Positions 49,915 through 60,144 of a stretch of 64,000 bases of DNA are shown piece by piece. The DNA is from a virus, in the IMG/VR virus record IMGVR_UViG_3300033146_004399, positions 96,001 through 160,000 of that record, one strand, 5' to 3'. Below the pieces are notes generated by a model that worked only from the letters and a program-made list of their open reading frames with translations, did no database searches and had not been told where the DNA came from. The translations under genes and the position numbers were made by a program. The number at the start of each line of letters is the position of its first letter. Positions within the stretch are counted from its first letter, which is position 1.

Positions 49915-51060
49915 ATGCTGTTAAATAATCACAACACAGTGAAAATATATCCTCGTGAAGTAATAATTGCATATGTGCAACAATATATTACTGATGATTA
50001 TGAGGAGAAAACTAATGACAAAGGTCATTGGATTAATATACCATCCCCTTTTTATATAGATGGACGAAAACGTCTAGGCTTCAATTATGACACAGGTATA
50101 GTATTTGATTTTAAACTTCAGAGAGCTTGGGATTTAGAAAAGTTTGTTATGGAGGAAAGAGATGTTCCACGTGCTAAAGCTGAAAAAATATTATTTGAAA
50201 TTAGGTATGCTCTTAAAAAACAAGGTATAGTAATACGCCCCCCAACTCGTCAAATAATAAAAGAAGAGAATGCTAAAAATTTAGATCTTCTTCAAGAACC
50301 CGCCGGTCTTAAATCATTCAATCAAGAAAGAATTATGCGAAATAGAATGGGTAGGAAGGGTTTAATATATCTTCAAGGCAGAGAATTCACCCCCGAGATA
50401 ATTGATAGATTTGGTTTGAAATATATAGACCATGAAGTTTGTCCTCAGTGTAATGGAGATAGGTTTATCAACGGCGATAAATGTTCTTATTGCAACGGAT
50501 GGGGGAAAAATAAATTTCATGGTAGGATATATGTCCCAACTTATGAAAATGGTAAGTTAGTGTATTTTCAAGCTCGTGATTATCTGGGGAGAGATAAGAA
50601 ATGGAAGTATATGAATCCATCGGTTTCTCGTTCCCAAGTTGTTTATTTTTACGACCTACTAAAAGCGAATGATAGAATCTTTATTGCAGAAGGTCCCTTC
50701 GACGCGATGTATCTTTCTAAAGGTAATAGTGTAACTGCTCTTATGGGCAATAAAATGTCTAAAGCCTTCGCACAGAAACTTCTATGGAAGACACCCAAAC
50801 AAGTAATATTTATACCCGATTTTGATAAAGATTTAAAAACAAGAAAAGGTATATTTAAGAATTTAATATATAATATAAATAAAATTACAAGTGAAGCTAA
50901 TTATTCTATTGAGGTAGGTGTGTACAATTGGTTTGTTCTTACTGATGCTAAGGATATTAATGCTGGAGGTATAAATTACGTTGACGAATCGCTCTTGATA
51001 TTTCCTAAAAAGGAACCAACTAAGTTTAGGAGTATGATGCATGAAGTGCTCTACAGATAA
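49915..51060 (+). CDS. DNA primase (Toprim, T4 gp61-like)
   Basis: YLQGREF, RIYVP..ENG..VYFQAR, IAEGPFDAM, FIPDFD and KDIN. Confidence 0.85.
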   Translation: MLLNNHNTVKIYPREVIIAYVQQYITDDYEEKTNDKGHWINIPSPFYIDGRKRLGFNYDTGIVFDFKLQRAWDLEKFVMEERDVPRAKAEKILFEIRYALKKQGIVIRPPTRQIIKEENAKNLDLLQEPAGLKSFNQERIMRNRMGRKGLIYLQGREFTPEIIDRFGLKYIDHEVCPQCNGDRFINGDKCSYCNGWGKNKFHGRIYVPTYENGKLVYFQARDYLGRDKKWKYMNPSVSRSQVVYFYDLLKANDRIFIAEGPFDAMYLSKGNSVTALMGNKMSKAFAQKLLWKTPKQVIFIPDFDKDLKTRKGIFKNLIYNINKITSEANYSIEVGVYNWFVLTDAKDINAGGINYVDESLLIFPKKEPTKFRSMMHEVLYR

Positions 51061-51370
51061 TATTGTTAAAGAATATGCAAAACATCTCTTAATACATATG
51101 GATCCGGATAAATCGATCGCATATTTAATAATGTATTTAATAAATGAAAAATATCCCAGTGGAGTACAAACCTCCAAACGTTTAGAAGTAGTATCTTGGA
51201 TACAAAAAATATTTGATATCCTAAACCCATTTGGTGATGGTAGGTTTAGTTCATTTGATATTGAATTAGAAAATCTTCCGGAAGAGATGGAAATGGTGTT
51301 CTATAACGATTATCATGGTGAAGGGTGGATTAGAAACAAAATTAAAACAAAAAGTAAGAAAGGATTATAA

Positions 51371-52696
51371 ATGAATCAAAATATAGATTTAGGCGATTTA
51401 ATTGTAGATATGTACAGGATGTGTAATCAAGATCAAACATTTTTGGTTCGTATGATGGCACACTTAGATAAAAGTTTTTTCCTCTCATCTAAAATATTTT
51501 CAAAAGTATTTATACTCTATAAACTCTATTTTGAAAAATATCAAAAAGCTCCAACAGAAAAAGTTTTAAGACATGAACTTACTAAAGCTGGTGAAAACGA
51601 AGATGTTGTTAATGGTGTAGTAGATGAGATTTTTAGTCAGAAAATATTCAACCATGGTGAAAAAGACTATATAACAGATTTAGTAGTAATGCATGCTAGA
51701 AAAGTTAATGTTGAGAAAGCAATAATGCTTGCCAGTGATAAAATCAATGATGGCGACGATTTCACAGATGAGAAGTTTAGAGAAATTTTAGCAGATGTAA
51801 CAGAGAGTATAAAATTTAGTATTGATACAGATTTAGGTATAGATTTGTTTGATATAGATGAAAGATATAATAGAATTGCTAATTCTATGGGTAATAAAAT
51901 ATCTACAGGTTTTTCAAATCTTGATCATATAACGGGGGGTGGTTTCGCGCGTAAAGAGCTTCACGCAATACAGGGACCCCCTGGATTGGGTAAAACAATT
52001 TTTTTAGTCAACTTAGGCTTTAAATTTCTTGTGGGTGGGTACAATGTAGCTCACTATTCTTTAGAAATGGGCGAAGAGCGACTTGGTCTTAGATACGATG
52101 GTGTAGCATCTGGTCAAACTATTAATTCACTCATGAGATTGGAAGGGATCGATGACGTGAAAAAAGCATATAAAATGCTTAAAATGATGACTAAAACTCA
52201 TCTCAAAATGAAAGAATTTCCGACTGGAGCAGCATCTACTTATGATATTGAAGCACATTTAGATGAATTAGCTCTTTATGAAGATTTTACGCCAGATGTA
52301 ATCGTTGTGGATTATGGTGATATCATGAAGTCAACTAGAAATACAAAAAATACATATGAAGAACAAGGTTGGATATTTAGAGAATTAAGAGCTCTAGCAA
52401 TTAAAAGAGATTGCGTTGTTTTAACAGCTACTCAGTCACGCAGGGATGCACTTAAAGAAGATGGCGGTACCAAAGATATTATTGGTATGGATCAAGTTGC
52501 AGATTCAATGGAAAAAAATAGGATTCTCGACCTCCTCCTATCAGTACAACAATCTAGAGAAGAACGTGACGAAGGTCGAGTAGGGTTATGGGTTGCTAAA
52601 AATAGAAATGGAGCAGCTAACCTTAAGATTGATTTCCTTATTAATTACAGAAATATGAAACTTTCAGAACCTCAGGTAAGTACTGGTGGTGTTTGA
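51371..52696 (+). CDS. Replicative DnaB-like helicase (T4 gp41-like)
   Basis: GPPGLGKT Walker A, YSLEM, VVDYGD, TATQS and KNRNG. Confidence 0.9.
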   Translation: MNQNIDLGDLIVDMYRMCNQDQTFLVRMMAHLDKSFFLSSKIFSKVFILYKLYFEKYQKAPTEKVLRHELTKAGENEDVVNGVVDEIFSQKIFNHGEKDYITDLVVMHARKVNVEKAIMLASDKINDGDDFTDEKFREILADVTESIKFSIDTDLGIDLFDIDERYNRIANSMGNKISTGFSNLDHITGGGFARKELHAIQGPPGLGKTIFLVNLGFKFLVGGYNVAHYSLEMGEERLGLRYDGVASGQTINSLMRLEGIDDVKKAYKMLKMMTKTHLKMKEFPTGAASTYDIEAHLDELALYEDFTPDVIVVDYGDIMKSTRNTKNTYEEQGWIFRELRALAIKRDCVVLTATQSRRDALKEDGGTKDIIGMDQVADSMEKNRILDLLLSVQQSREERDEGRVGLWVAKNRNGAANLKIDFLINYRNMKLSEPQVSTGGV

Positions 52697-53002
52697 TAAT
52701 AGATACACTAAAATATTCTTCTTGGTAATAACTGCCACAATTGCCAGTACATAGTAGATGACAAAATAAAACGTATGAAGAGTAAAAAAGTATATAGCAT
52801 GAATTATATTTGCTCTAAGTGGAAACAGGCTAGAAATGAAAATATTTTAGATCGTAATTATTATAGAAATAAATACGTTGAAGATAGAGAGTTTATAAAT
52901 TTAGTGGTTGAAGTTAACAGGTTATTAAAAAAAAAGAACAAAGGTAAAGTGAAAAAAATACCAAAAAAAAACATTAAAATAAGTTATTGTACGGAAAGAT
53001 AA
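52689..53002 (+). pseudogene. Frameshifted member of the Cys-microdomain family
   Basis: GTG start at 52689; adding one A in the run at 52710-52713 gives TKNILLGNNCHNC...ICSKW in frame with ORF 52775-53002. Confidence 0.55.
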
Positions 53003-53242
53003 TCATGTATAAAGGGTTGAAAAAAAAATATAGTCAGGCTGAATATACAAAAATAACTTTGATCAAAGACGAAAAAAAATGCTATTTTTGTTTGAATAAT
53101 TGGAAAAATTATAATATAGATTACACCAATCAAATGGACATACATGCTATAGAATACTTCAAAAGTTTGTGTTCCAGATGTATACATCATAACTCAAAGT
53201 GGGGGAATCCACACTGGTACGGAGATTACTTTAAAACCTTAT

Positions 53243-54379
53243 ATGCATGGGACGATAGAGAAGAAGGAGATGATAACAATATTTAATATGAATATTTATA
53301 AAGATAAATTTATTAAACAATCAAATAAAATACATAATAATAAATATGATTATTCTTTAGTTAAATATGTAAACATAAGAACAAAAGTTAAAATAATATG
53401 CCCAGAGCATGGGGTATTTGAACAAAGAATTTATCATCATAGATCTGGAACTGGTTGTCCAAAATGTTCTGCAGACCATTCTGAAAACTTTAAAAGTATT
53501 GTAAAAACTATTCAAGAATTCAATAAAGAAGCTAATAAAATACATGATAATAAATATGATTATTCTTTGGTTGATTATAAAAATAGTCAAGATAAAATTA
53601 AAATAATATGTCCAGAGCATGGGGTATTTATACAACAAATGAACGCTCATTTAAAAGGTCAAGGTTGTTCTAAGTGCAGTCATAAGCATAAATATACAAC
53701 CAAAGAATTTATAAAAAAAGCTAAAAAAATACATGGAAATAAATATGATTACAAACTTGTTTGTTATAAAAATTCTGACACTAAAATTAAAATAATATGT
53801 CCAGAACATGGTACATTTATACAAAAAGCAAATAATCATATAAATGGGCAGGGTTGTCCTAAATGTGCTAATAATATTTTGTATTCTAAAAAAGAATTTA
53901 TTGATAAAAGTAATAAAATACATGGTAATAAATATGATTATTCTTTAGTTGATTATAAAAATAATAAAACTAAGGTTAAAATAATATGTCCAGAGCATGG
54001 GGTATTTATACAAAAGCCATATGCTCATTTACAAAATCGTGGATGTCTAATATGTAATGAGTCTAAGGGTGAAAAAGCTACTGCTAAATATTTAAAAGAT
54101 AAAAATATACAATATATAAGAGAATATAAATTTAATGATTGTAAAGATAAAAATTTATTACCATTTGATTTCTATATACCAAGTAGTAATATATTAATAG
54201 AATATGATGGAGAACAACATTACAAACCGATTGAACATTTTGGAGGCATTAAAGCGTTTAATAAATTAAAGTATCGGGATAATATTAAAACTAAATATTG
54301 CGAAAACAATAATATAAAATTAATAAGAATAAAATATAATCAAAATGTTAAAGATATTTTGTTAAGTGAAGGAGTCTAA
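53243..54379 (+). CDS. Putative homing endonuclease: four Cys/His repeat modules plus a PD-(D/E)xK-type nuclease
   Basis: HxxKYDYSLV.Y...K.KIICPEHG.F.Q....H..G.GC..C x4; LPFDFYI...LIEYDGEQHY. Confidence 0.75.
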   Translation: MHGTIEKKEMITIFNMNIYKDKFIKQSNKIHNNKYDYSLVKYVNIRTKVKIICPEHGVFEQRIYHHRSGTGCPKCSADHSENFKSIVKTIQEFNKEANKIHDNKYDYSLVDYKNSQDKIKIICPEHGVFIQQMNAHLKGQGCSKCSHKHKYTTKEFIKKAKKIHGNKYDYKLVCYKNSDTKIKIICPEHGTFIQKANNHINGQGCPKCANNILYSKKEFIDKSNKIHGNKYDYSLVDYKNNKTKVKIICPEHGVFIQKPYAHLQNRGCLICNESKGEKATAKYLKDKNIQYIREYKFNDCKDKNLLPFDFYIPSSNILIEYDGEQHYKPIEHFGGIKAFNKLKYRDNIKTKYCENNNIKLIRIKYNQNVKDILLSEGV

Positions 54380-54557
54380 AATGCCTAATATGAAGGATTA
54401 TACAAAAATTTCAATATCAAAAAGTTTACACGAAATGATAAAAGAAATTTGTGATAAAGAGGGAAGAAAAATGTACCACTTCGAAGATGCGGCGATTCGA
54501 GAATATGTTCAACAAAACTACCCTGAATATGTGAAAACAAACGTACAAAAAGCATAA
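54366..54557 (+). CDS. Ribbon-helix-helix-like protein
   Basis: TKISISKSLHEMIKEICDKEGRKMYHF..AAIREY. Confidence 0.55.
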   Translation: MKESKMPNMKDYTKISISKSLHEMIKEICDKEGRKMYHFEDAAIREYVQQNYPEYVKTNVQKA

Positions 54558-54719
54558 TTAATTATAACACATAAAACACATTTGTGGGTTAAATATTTCT
54601 ATGGAAGAAACAGCGGATATTATCTTAGATGTTAAATCCGGAAATTACCACCTTTATTACATGACTAAAATTAAACAACTCAAACATCCTTACAAATTAT
54701 GTAGTCTAAGGGGTAGTCA

Positions 54720-55517
54720 ATGGCTAAAAATTCAAGTCATATCGTAAGAAATTCTGATGGGGATTTCGCGCAAGTTCAAAATTATGCCATCCAATTGGCA
54801 GGTGAAAAGAAAATATCACAACAAGCTTTAATCATGTATTTATTTTATAGAAGTCTCGCAGGTTTCACAGACATTCGGTGTTCATTTGAATATATTCATA
54901 TAAACACTAGTGTATCGGTAGGTGCTTGTTCCAAGGGGTTGAAACAGTTAGAAGAACAAGGTTTAGTAGAAGTTAAAAGATTTGGAGCAAATAAAGTATT
55001 TGAAATACTACTAGTACCTGGAAGTAATCTTCCAAGACGTATACTTAAATCAGTTAAAAGAACTGGTGGAGATGATAATGTAACATACGAACCAGAAGGA
55101 AATTTTATTGCAGCGTCGCTTAGGAAGGAAGAGATTGCAAATTCTCCCCTTCCCGAAGAATTAACTAAAGGTGGAACTAAGGCTAAATATGAAAAAGCTA
55201 GACATTTTGATTCAACAGATTTATCTATTGAGGCAGCTAACTTCTGGGATGCTTTTACTACTTACTGGTGCAAAATGAGCAAAACAGCTTTCTATAGAAA
55301 GAAAGACATGCATAAGTTAAATGATATAAAAGATTATGCACTAGCAACTAAAATGATTCCAGTTATGTGGCTTTTAGCAGATGTTGATAAGTGGACTAAA
55401 GATTCTGATAAATCTTTGAGTGTCTTCACAACACTTTATAATTTAGGTAAATTAGAAGCACATTATCCAAAAACATCTTTATATTATAACAGTAACAGCA
55501 AAAACAATAGTAAGTAA
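54720..55517 (+). CDS. Winged-helix DNA-binding protein
   Basis: ALIMYLFY...SVSVGACSKGLKQLEEQGLVEV, resembling replication-initiator N-terminal wHTH. Confidence 0.55.
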   Translation: MAKNSSHIVRNSDGDFAQVQNYAIQLAGEKKISQQALIMYLFYRSLAGFTDIRCSFEYIHINTSVSVGACSKGLKQLEEQGLVEVKRFGANKVFEILLVPGSNLPRRILKSVKRTGGDDNVTYEPEGNFIAASLRKEEIANSPLPEELTKGGTKAKYEKARHFDSTDLSIEAANFWDAFTTYWCKMSKTAFYRKKDMHKLNDIKDYALATKMIPVMWLLADVDKWTKDSDKSLSVFTTLYNLGKLEAHYPKTSLYYNSNSKNNSK

Positions 55518-55529
55518 AATAACTACTAT

Positions 55530-56411
55530 ATGGGAAAAAAATTAACAACAGAAGAATTTATACAAAAAGCCAAGCAAACACATGGTGATAAATATGATTA
55601 TTCTTTAGTTAATTATAAGGGTAACAAAAATAAAGTTAAAATAATATGCCCGGAACATGGTGATTTTTCACAAAGAGCAGATCACCATGTTAACGGTGCA
55701 AATTGTAAAATGTGTTCATATACTAAATTAATAGCTAATAATTTTATAGAAAAAGCTAAAGCTATTCATGGTGATAAGTATGATTATTCTTTGGTTGACT
55801 ATATAAACAATATAACAAAAATTAAAATAATATGTCAAAAACATGGAGTATTTGAGCAATACCCATGCAATCATTTACAAGGAAAAGGTTGTATTAGTTG
55901 TTCTGGAACAAGTAAACTTACAAAGGAGATATTTGTACGAAGAGCCAAACAAACACATGGTGATAAATATGATTATTCTTTGGTTAAATATAAAAATAAT
56001 TATACTAAAGTTAAAATAATATGTCAAAAACATGGAGTATTTGAACAACAACCAATACATCATTTAAACGGTAATAATTGTCCTATATGTAACGAAAGCA
56101 AGGGTGAGTTAAGGATAGCTAGAATATTAGATGAAAATAATATTAAATATAAAAGACAATACCGGCTTGACGATTGTAAAAACATAAAACCGTTACCTTT
56201 TGATTTTTATATTTTAGACAAAAATGTGTTAATAGAATTTGATGGGGAACAGCATTATAAACCTGTAAATTTTTTCGGCGGTGTTGAAGGGTTTAAACAA
56301 AGACAAAAAAATGATGACATAAAAACAAAATACTGTAAAGATAATAATATAAAGTTAATAAGAATAAAACATAGTGACAATATAGAAAATAGATTAAAGG
56401 AGTTAATATAG
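55530..56411 (+). CDS. Putative homing endonuclease: three Cys/His repeat modules plus a PD-(D/E)xK-type nuclease (paralog of 53243)
   Basis: HGDKYDYSLV x3; NESKGE, LPFDFYI and LIEFDGEQHY. Confidence 0.75.
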   Translation: MGKKLTTEEFIQKAKQTHGDKYDYSLVNYKGNKNKVKIICPEHGDFSQRADHHVNGANCKMCSYTKLIANNFIEKAKAIHGDKYDYSLVDYINNITKIKIICQKHGVFEQYPCNHLQGKGCISCSGTSKLTKEIFVRRAKQTHGDKYDYSLVKYKNNYTKVKIICQKHGVFEQQPIHHLNGNNCPICNESKGELRIARILDENNIKYKRQYRLDDCKNIKPLPFDFYILDKNVLIEFDGEQHYKPVNFFGGVEGFKQRQKNDDIKTKYCKDNNIKLIRIKHSDNIENRLKELI

Positions 56412-56812
56412 CACTAGGAGATTTTACGTCTAGGAGCTATCATGGAACAAATAATAACAAATATAATAAACCAATATGGAGCAGAATTATGGCTTACATT
56501 TGTAACAATGGTTATAACTGGTTTTATTTTAATTCTAATTAAAGGTTTCATTCAAGATTTAGTAAAGTATTATAAAGCGAGAATGAGCGATATTGGGTAC
56601 GGCCAACGAATATTTTGGAATAATCAAATATATATAGTGGATCGGATTTCATTTAGACATGTAATAGCCAAAGATGATAAACGTATAATTCACATTCCAA
56701 TAGGTTCTTATATGGCGGGTGTTAGAGAATATCCGTTAAATAGGCATGATGATTTTGACGAAGAAAAATATTTCGAAAAGCCATGGGATGGTAGTAAAGA
56801 ACGCCGTTCAAC

Positions 56813-56841
56813 TTTGGACAATTAAAAAAATAGTGTATAAT
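56813..56841 (+). promoter_or_regulatory. Class I promoter (TTTGGA-N17-TATAAT)
   Basis: TTTGGA 56813-56818, TATAAT 56836-56841. Confidence 0.7.
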
Positions 56842-57058
56842 ATGTATATACACAAAGGGGGAAACACATGCAAATGTTAACTGAAGAGCAGAAAATGATT
56901 AAAGTATCAGAAATTGCGGAAGCAATGGGAGTACCTTTAACATCTCTACTTGAAGGTAAAACACCAGAACAAGTTATTGAACAATATGAAGCTGGCAACC
57001 TTGGTATATTAAACGATTAGAAAATAAACACAAAACACATAACACATAGGAGAAACAA

Positions 57059-57646
57059 ATGGAAATAAATAAACAAGAAATGAAAGATGCGTTCTATTCT
57101 CGAAACGAAGAACGATCACAAGCTAAGTTAATAGCGATGTATTATGAAATGGCTAATTATTTTGTTAATAAAGCAAAAATATCTTCTTGGCATAAAGAAG
57201 ATTATGTTCAATACGCTGTAGCAAGAGCTTGTCGAAAAGAACATCTTTATGATCCAAATCACATTAATAAAGAAGGAAAAGTAAGCGCAGTATTTTCATA
57301 TTTTTATAAACTCATTTATATGGAAATTAGATACAGAATGCGTGAAACAAGACAGAAAAAAGAGAGACGACCAGGTACTTGTTCTTATGATAAGATTTCT
57401 GCGATTGTTGAAGACCAACATTCTGCGGATAATATTACAGAGATCAACGGCGAAAATGAAGATACTTTTGTAATGATTGATGGTAGAGTTTATGAAAGAA
57501 ATGAAGTAATTGAAGCTATGAAAACTGCTAGGAAACTTTTAAAGAAAGTTAAAAAAGATTCTACATTTATACCTGAAGTTGATGATAAAGTTGTACTCAA
57601 CTTCTACAATAAGTTGAAAGGAATATACGACAGTACACAAGTATGA
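57059..57646 (+). CDS. Minimal sigma factor, T4 gp55-like (sigma region 2 only)
   Basis: EDYVQYAV..AC......YDP...S.VFSYF..LI....R.R pattern matches gp55/sigma region 2. Confidence 0.55.
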   Translation: MEINKQEMKDAFYSRNEERSQAKLIAMYYEMANYFVNKAKISSWHKEDYVQYAVARACRKEHLYDPNHINKEGKVSAVFSYFYKLIYMEIRYRMRETRQKKERRPGTCSYDKISAIVEDQHSADNITEINGENEDTFVMIDGRVYERNEVIEAMKTARKLLKKVKKDSTFIPEVDDKVVLNFYNKLKGIYDSTQV

Positions 57647-58716
57647 AAACAATTCACATAATTGGAGGGGGCATCACTGGATGTTCCCTTTCATATTTTT
57701 TAAAAGATAAATATAACGTCAAGCTATATGAGAAAAATTCTCAATTAGGTGGCTTCTCACAGACCCTCTATAATATTGAAAACATACCCTACCAAAAAGG
57801 TGCTCATATTCTCCATACTAATAATACACAAATTATCAATATAATAAAAAAAGCTGGCGTAGAGATACAAAGAGTTTTTTATGATGTTGCTATAAATCCT
57901 CTCATAGATTTTAAATATTATAAATTCCCGTTTAACGAAGAATCAATAAATCTTATGCCGTGGCATTGGCGTGAAGCTGCGTTGACAGATATCAATAAAA
58001 TTAATGGCTCCTCAGGCAAAAATCTTAAAGAATTAATAATCAATTTTTATGGTTCTACTATATATAATATATTCTATAAAAATTATATAAAGAAGTTGAC
58101 TGGGTTGGAAGCTGATAATATAGACCAAACGCAATGGTTTAAAAAGAATCTTCATGCTATAGACAAGGTTGTAAATTTCTATACTGAAGATTGTTATTTC
58201 CCTTTTGATGAAGGATGGAATAAGCTCTTTTACTCTCTTACAGAAGGTGTGAATGTAGAGTACGGGATGGATATGAACTATAATAATTTTAACGAAAGAG
58301 ATTTAATTATTCTTACCGTAAGGCCTGACACATTCTTTAATAAGAAAACAATCCCTTACGTAGGTTTAGAATTCGATATAGATTCTGTTAATTATGATGC
58401 AAATAAACCAGATACTATAATATATCCCAACCATGTACCGTTTACAAGTATGACTCAGTATGGTAAACTCTTCTCTCCCAAGAAACAAATTGAGGAAAAG
58501 AATATGATAGTTAAAGAGTATATGGGTGTTAATATTGGTGAAGATGCTTACCCTGTGCCCACATCCACAAATATTGCCTCCTATAATAAAATAGTAGATG
58601 AGTATAAGCATATATATTATTGTGGACCATTAGCAAGATATAAACACATGTCAATGGCAGAAGCCATAGAAAATGCCCAACAAGTGGCTGCAGAAATTAA
58701 ACATAGGGAACGGTAA
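57643..58716 (+). CDS. glf: UDP-galactopyranose mutase-like flavoprotein
   Basis: IIGGGITG FAD motif, YEK...LGG, GAHILHT, AYPVP, GPLARYK..SM. Confidence 0.75.
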   Translation: MKTIHIIGGGITGCSLSYFLKDKYNVKLYEKNSQLGGFSQTLYNIENIPYQKGAHILHTNNTQIINIIKKAGVEIQRVFYDVAINPLIDFKYYKFPFNEESINLMPWHWREAALTDINKINGSSGKNLKELIINFYGSTIYNIFYKNYIKKLTGLEADNIDQTQWFKKNLHAIDKVVNFYTEDCYFPFDEGWNKLFYSLTEGVNVEYGMDMNYNNFNERDLIILTVRPDTFFNKKTIPYVGLEFDIDSVNYDANKPDTIIYPNHVPFTSMTQYGKLFSPKKQIEEKNMIVKEYMGVNIGEDAYPVPTSTNIASYNKIVDEYKHIYYCGPLARYKHMSMAEAIENAQQVAAEIKHRER

Positions 58717-59460
58717 TGAATGAACCTGTATGTAACGTAAAAAAATGTCCATATTATCAAAGCTTTTTCAAACCAAATGAATTGATACAAAGTTATGTAG
58801 ATATATTTATGGATAAGGGTAAAACAGCACATGCTTATCAAGTTGTTAGTAGTGTTAAGGGTATGTGTCTTGCATGTATTCACTTTCAGAAAAAAGATAT
58901 ACCTAATCTATTGACAGTAGCAGAAGCTTTATATCATTTAAAAGAAGATAATAATGAGGAGTAATATATGACCCCAGAAGAAATTGAAGCGAGATTTCTT
59001 GCTCTTGAGAGAGATAACAAGAAGTTGAATAAGGATAATAAAGCTTTTATAAAATTAATAAATGATCATGCTGGCTATATAAATAAAAATGCTACTACTA
59101 TGAAAGGCATAGATAAATATATAAGAACGGAATTACAGCGTGTAGCCGCATCAATTAGAAAACTTGCAAATAGGAAAGTTAGATGAGTGAAGCTAAAGAT
59201 AAAAGAATAATTGATGCATATATGAAAAAGCACCCTGATGCTTCCATACAGAAAATTGAATCTTATGCTCAAAAAAAGGGTATCCATATTACAGTTATGC
59301 CTCAAACTGAACATCAAAGATTAAAAACAAAAATGATGAAAGATGCTGGTCTTGATGCTAATTTAGATTTAGGAAAAGAGAGTGATCAAATTAAACTATT
59401 GGAAGCTGTTAATTCTCTTCCTAAAGAAAAACAATCTGAGTTTTTAGCGATGATGAAAAA

Positions 59461-59688
59461 ATGAGTATTCAAGGTTTAGCTATGGCACTCTTATCAAATC
59501 ATGTTTGTGATAATTGCGATAATCAAACTTACCTTATATATAATGATTCTGATATTGGATGTTGGGAAAGTATGTCAAATAATCCTGTAGCTAGATGCTC
59601 TTTAAAATTGAAGCAAGGAACAAATAAACATAAAACTTGTCCAAGAGTAAATACTTGTAAAAAATGGAGCCCAATAATTGAAAGATAA
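59461..59688 (+). CDS. Cys-microdomain family protein
   Basis: AMALLSNHVCDNC...C...NTCKKW. Confidence 0.7.
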   Translation: MSIQGLAMALLSNHVCDNCDNQTYLIYNDSDIGCWESMSNNPVARCSLKLKQGTNKHKTCPRVNTCKKWSPIIER

Positions 59689-59953
59689 AATTTATGTTCT
59701 CGGACCTAAATCTTCAGGTAAAACTACATTCATTCACAAATTAATGGGAAGAGATTATGTAGTTTTCAAAGATAAAGTAATTGAATCAGGGGAAAAGATA
59801 AAGCCTGATGATGCGATTCAAATTTATCTCATTTTCCCTAATCCAGATGAATTAAAAAATCGTGGTGGGGATATAACAGATGAAGAAATTGAAGAATGGA
59901 TGACTTTTTACTATTCCAATGTAAAGGATATAACAATTGTTGAAGATTTTTAA
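59678..59953 (+). CDS. Small P-loop protein (kinase-like fragment)
   Basis: IYVLGPKSSGKTT Walker A in only 91 aa. Confidence 0.5.
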   Translation: MKDKIYVLGPKSSGKTTFIHKLMGRDYVVFKDKVIESGEKIKPDDAIQIYLIFPNPDELKNRGGDITDEEIEEWMTFYYSNVKDITIVEDF

Positions 59954-60144
59954 TAAAAAGAAAATTGCTGAAAATATAGAAAAAACTGGTAGTGAATATT
60001 TATGTGATAGTTGTCGCTATTATTCTATAGCATGTGATCCTTATTGTACTATATTAAGAATACCTCTTTATAATAAAAAATATAAATGTCAATATTATAT
60101 TAATAGTTATAGAGAGAAATGTCCAGATAAGGTGGAAAATCCAA

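Noticed and set aside
13399-52696. Inteins in RtcB, primase or helicase
   Set aside because: Lengths are normal and no C/S...HN-C/S/T intein boundaries were seen
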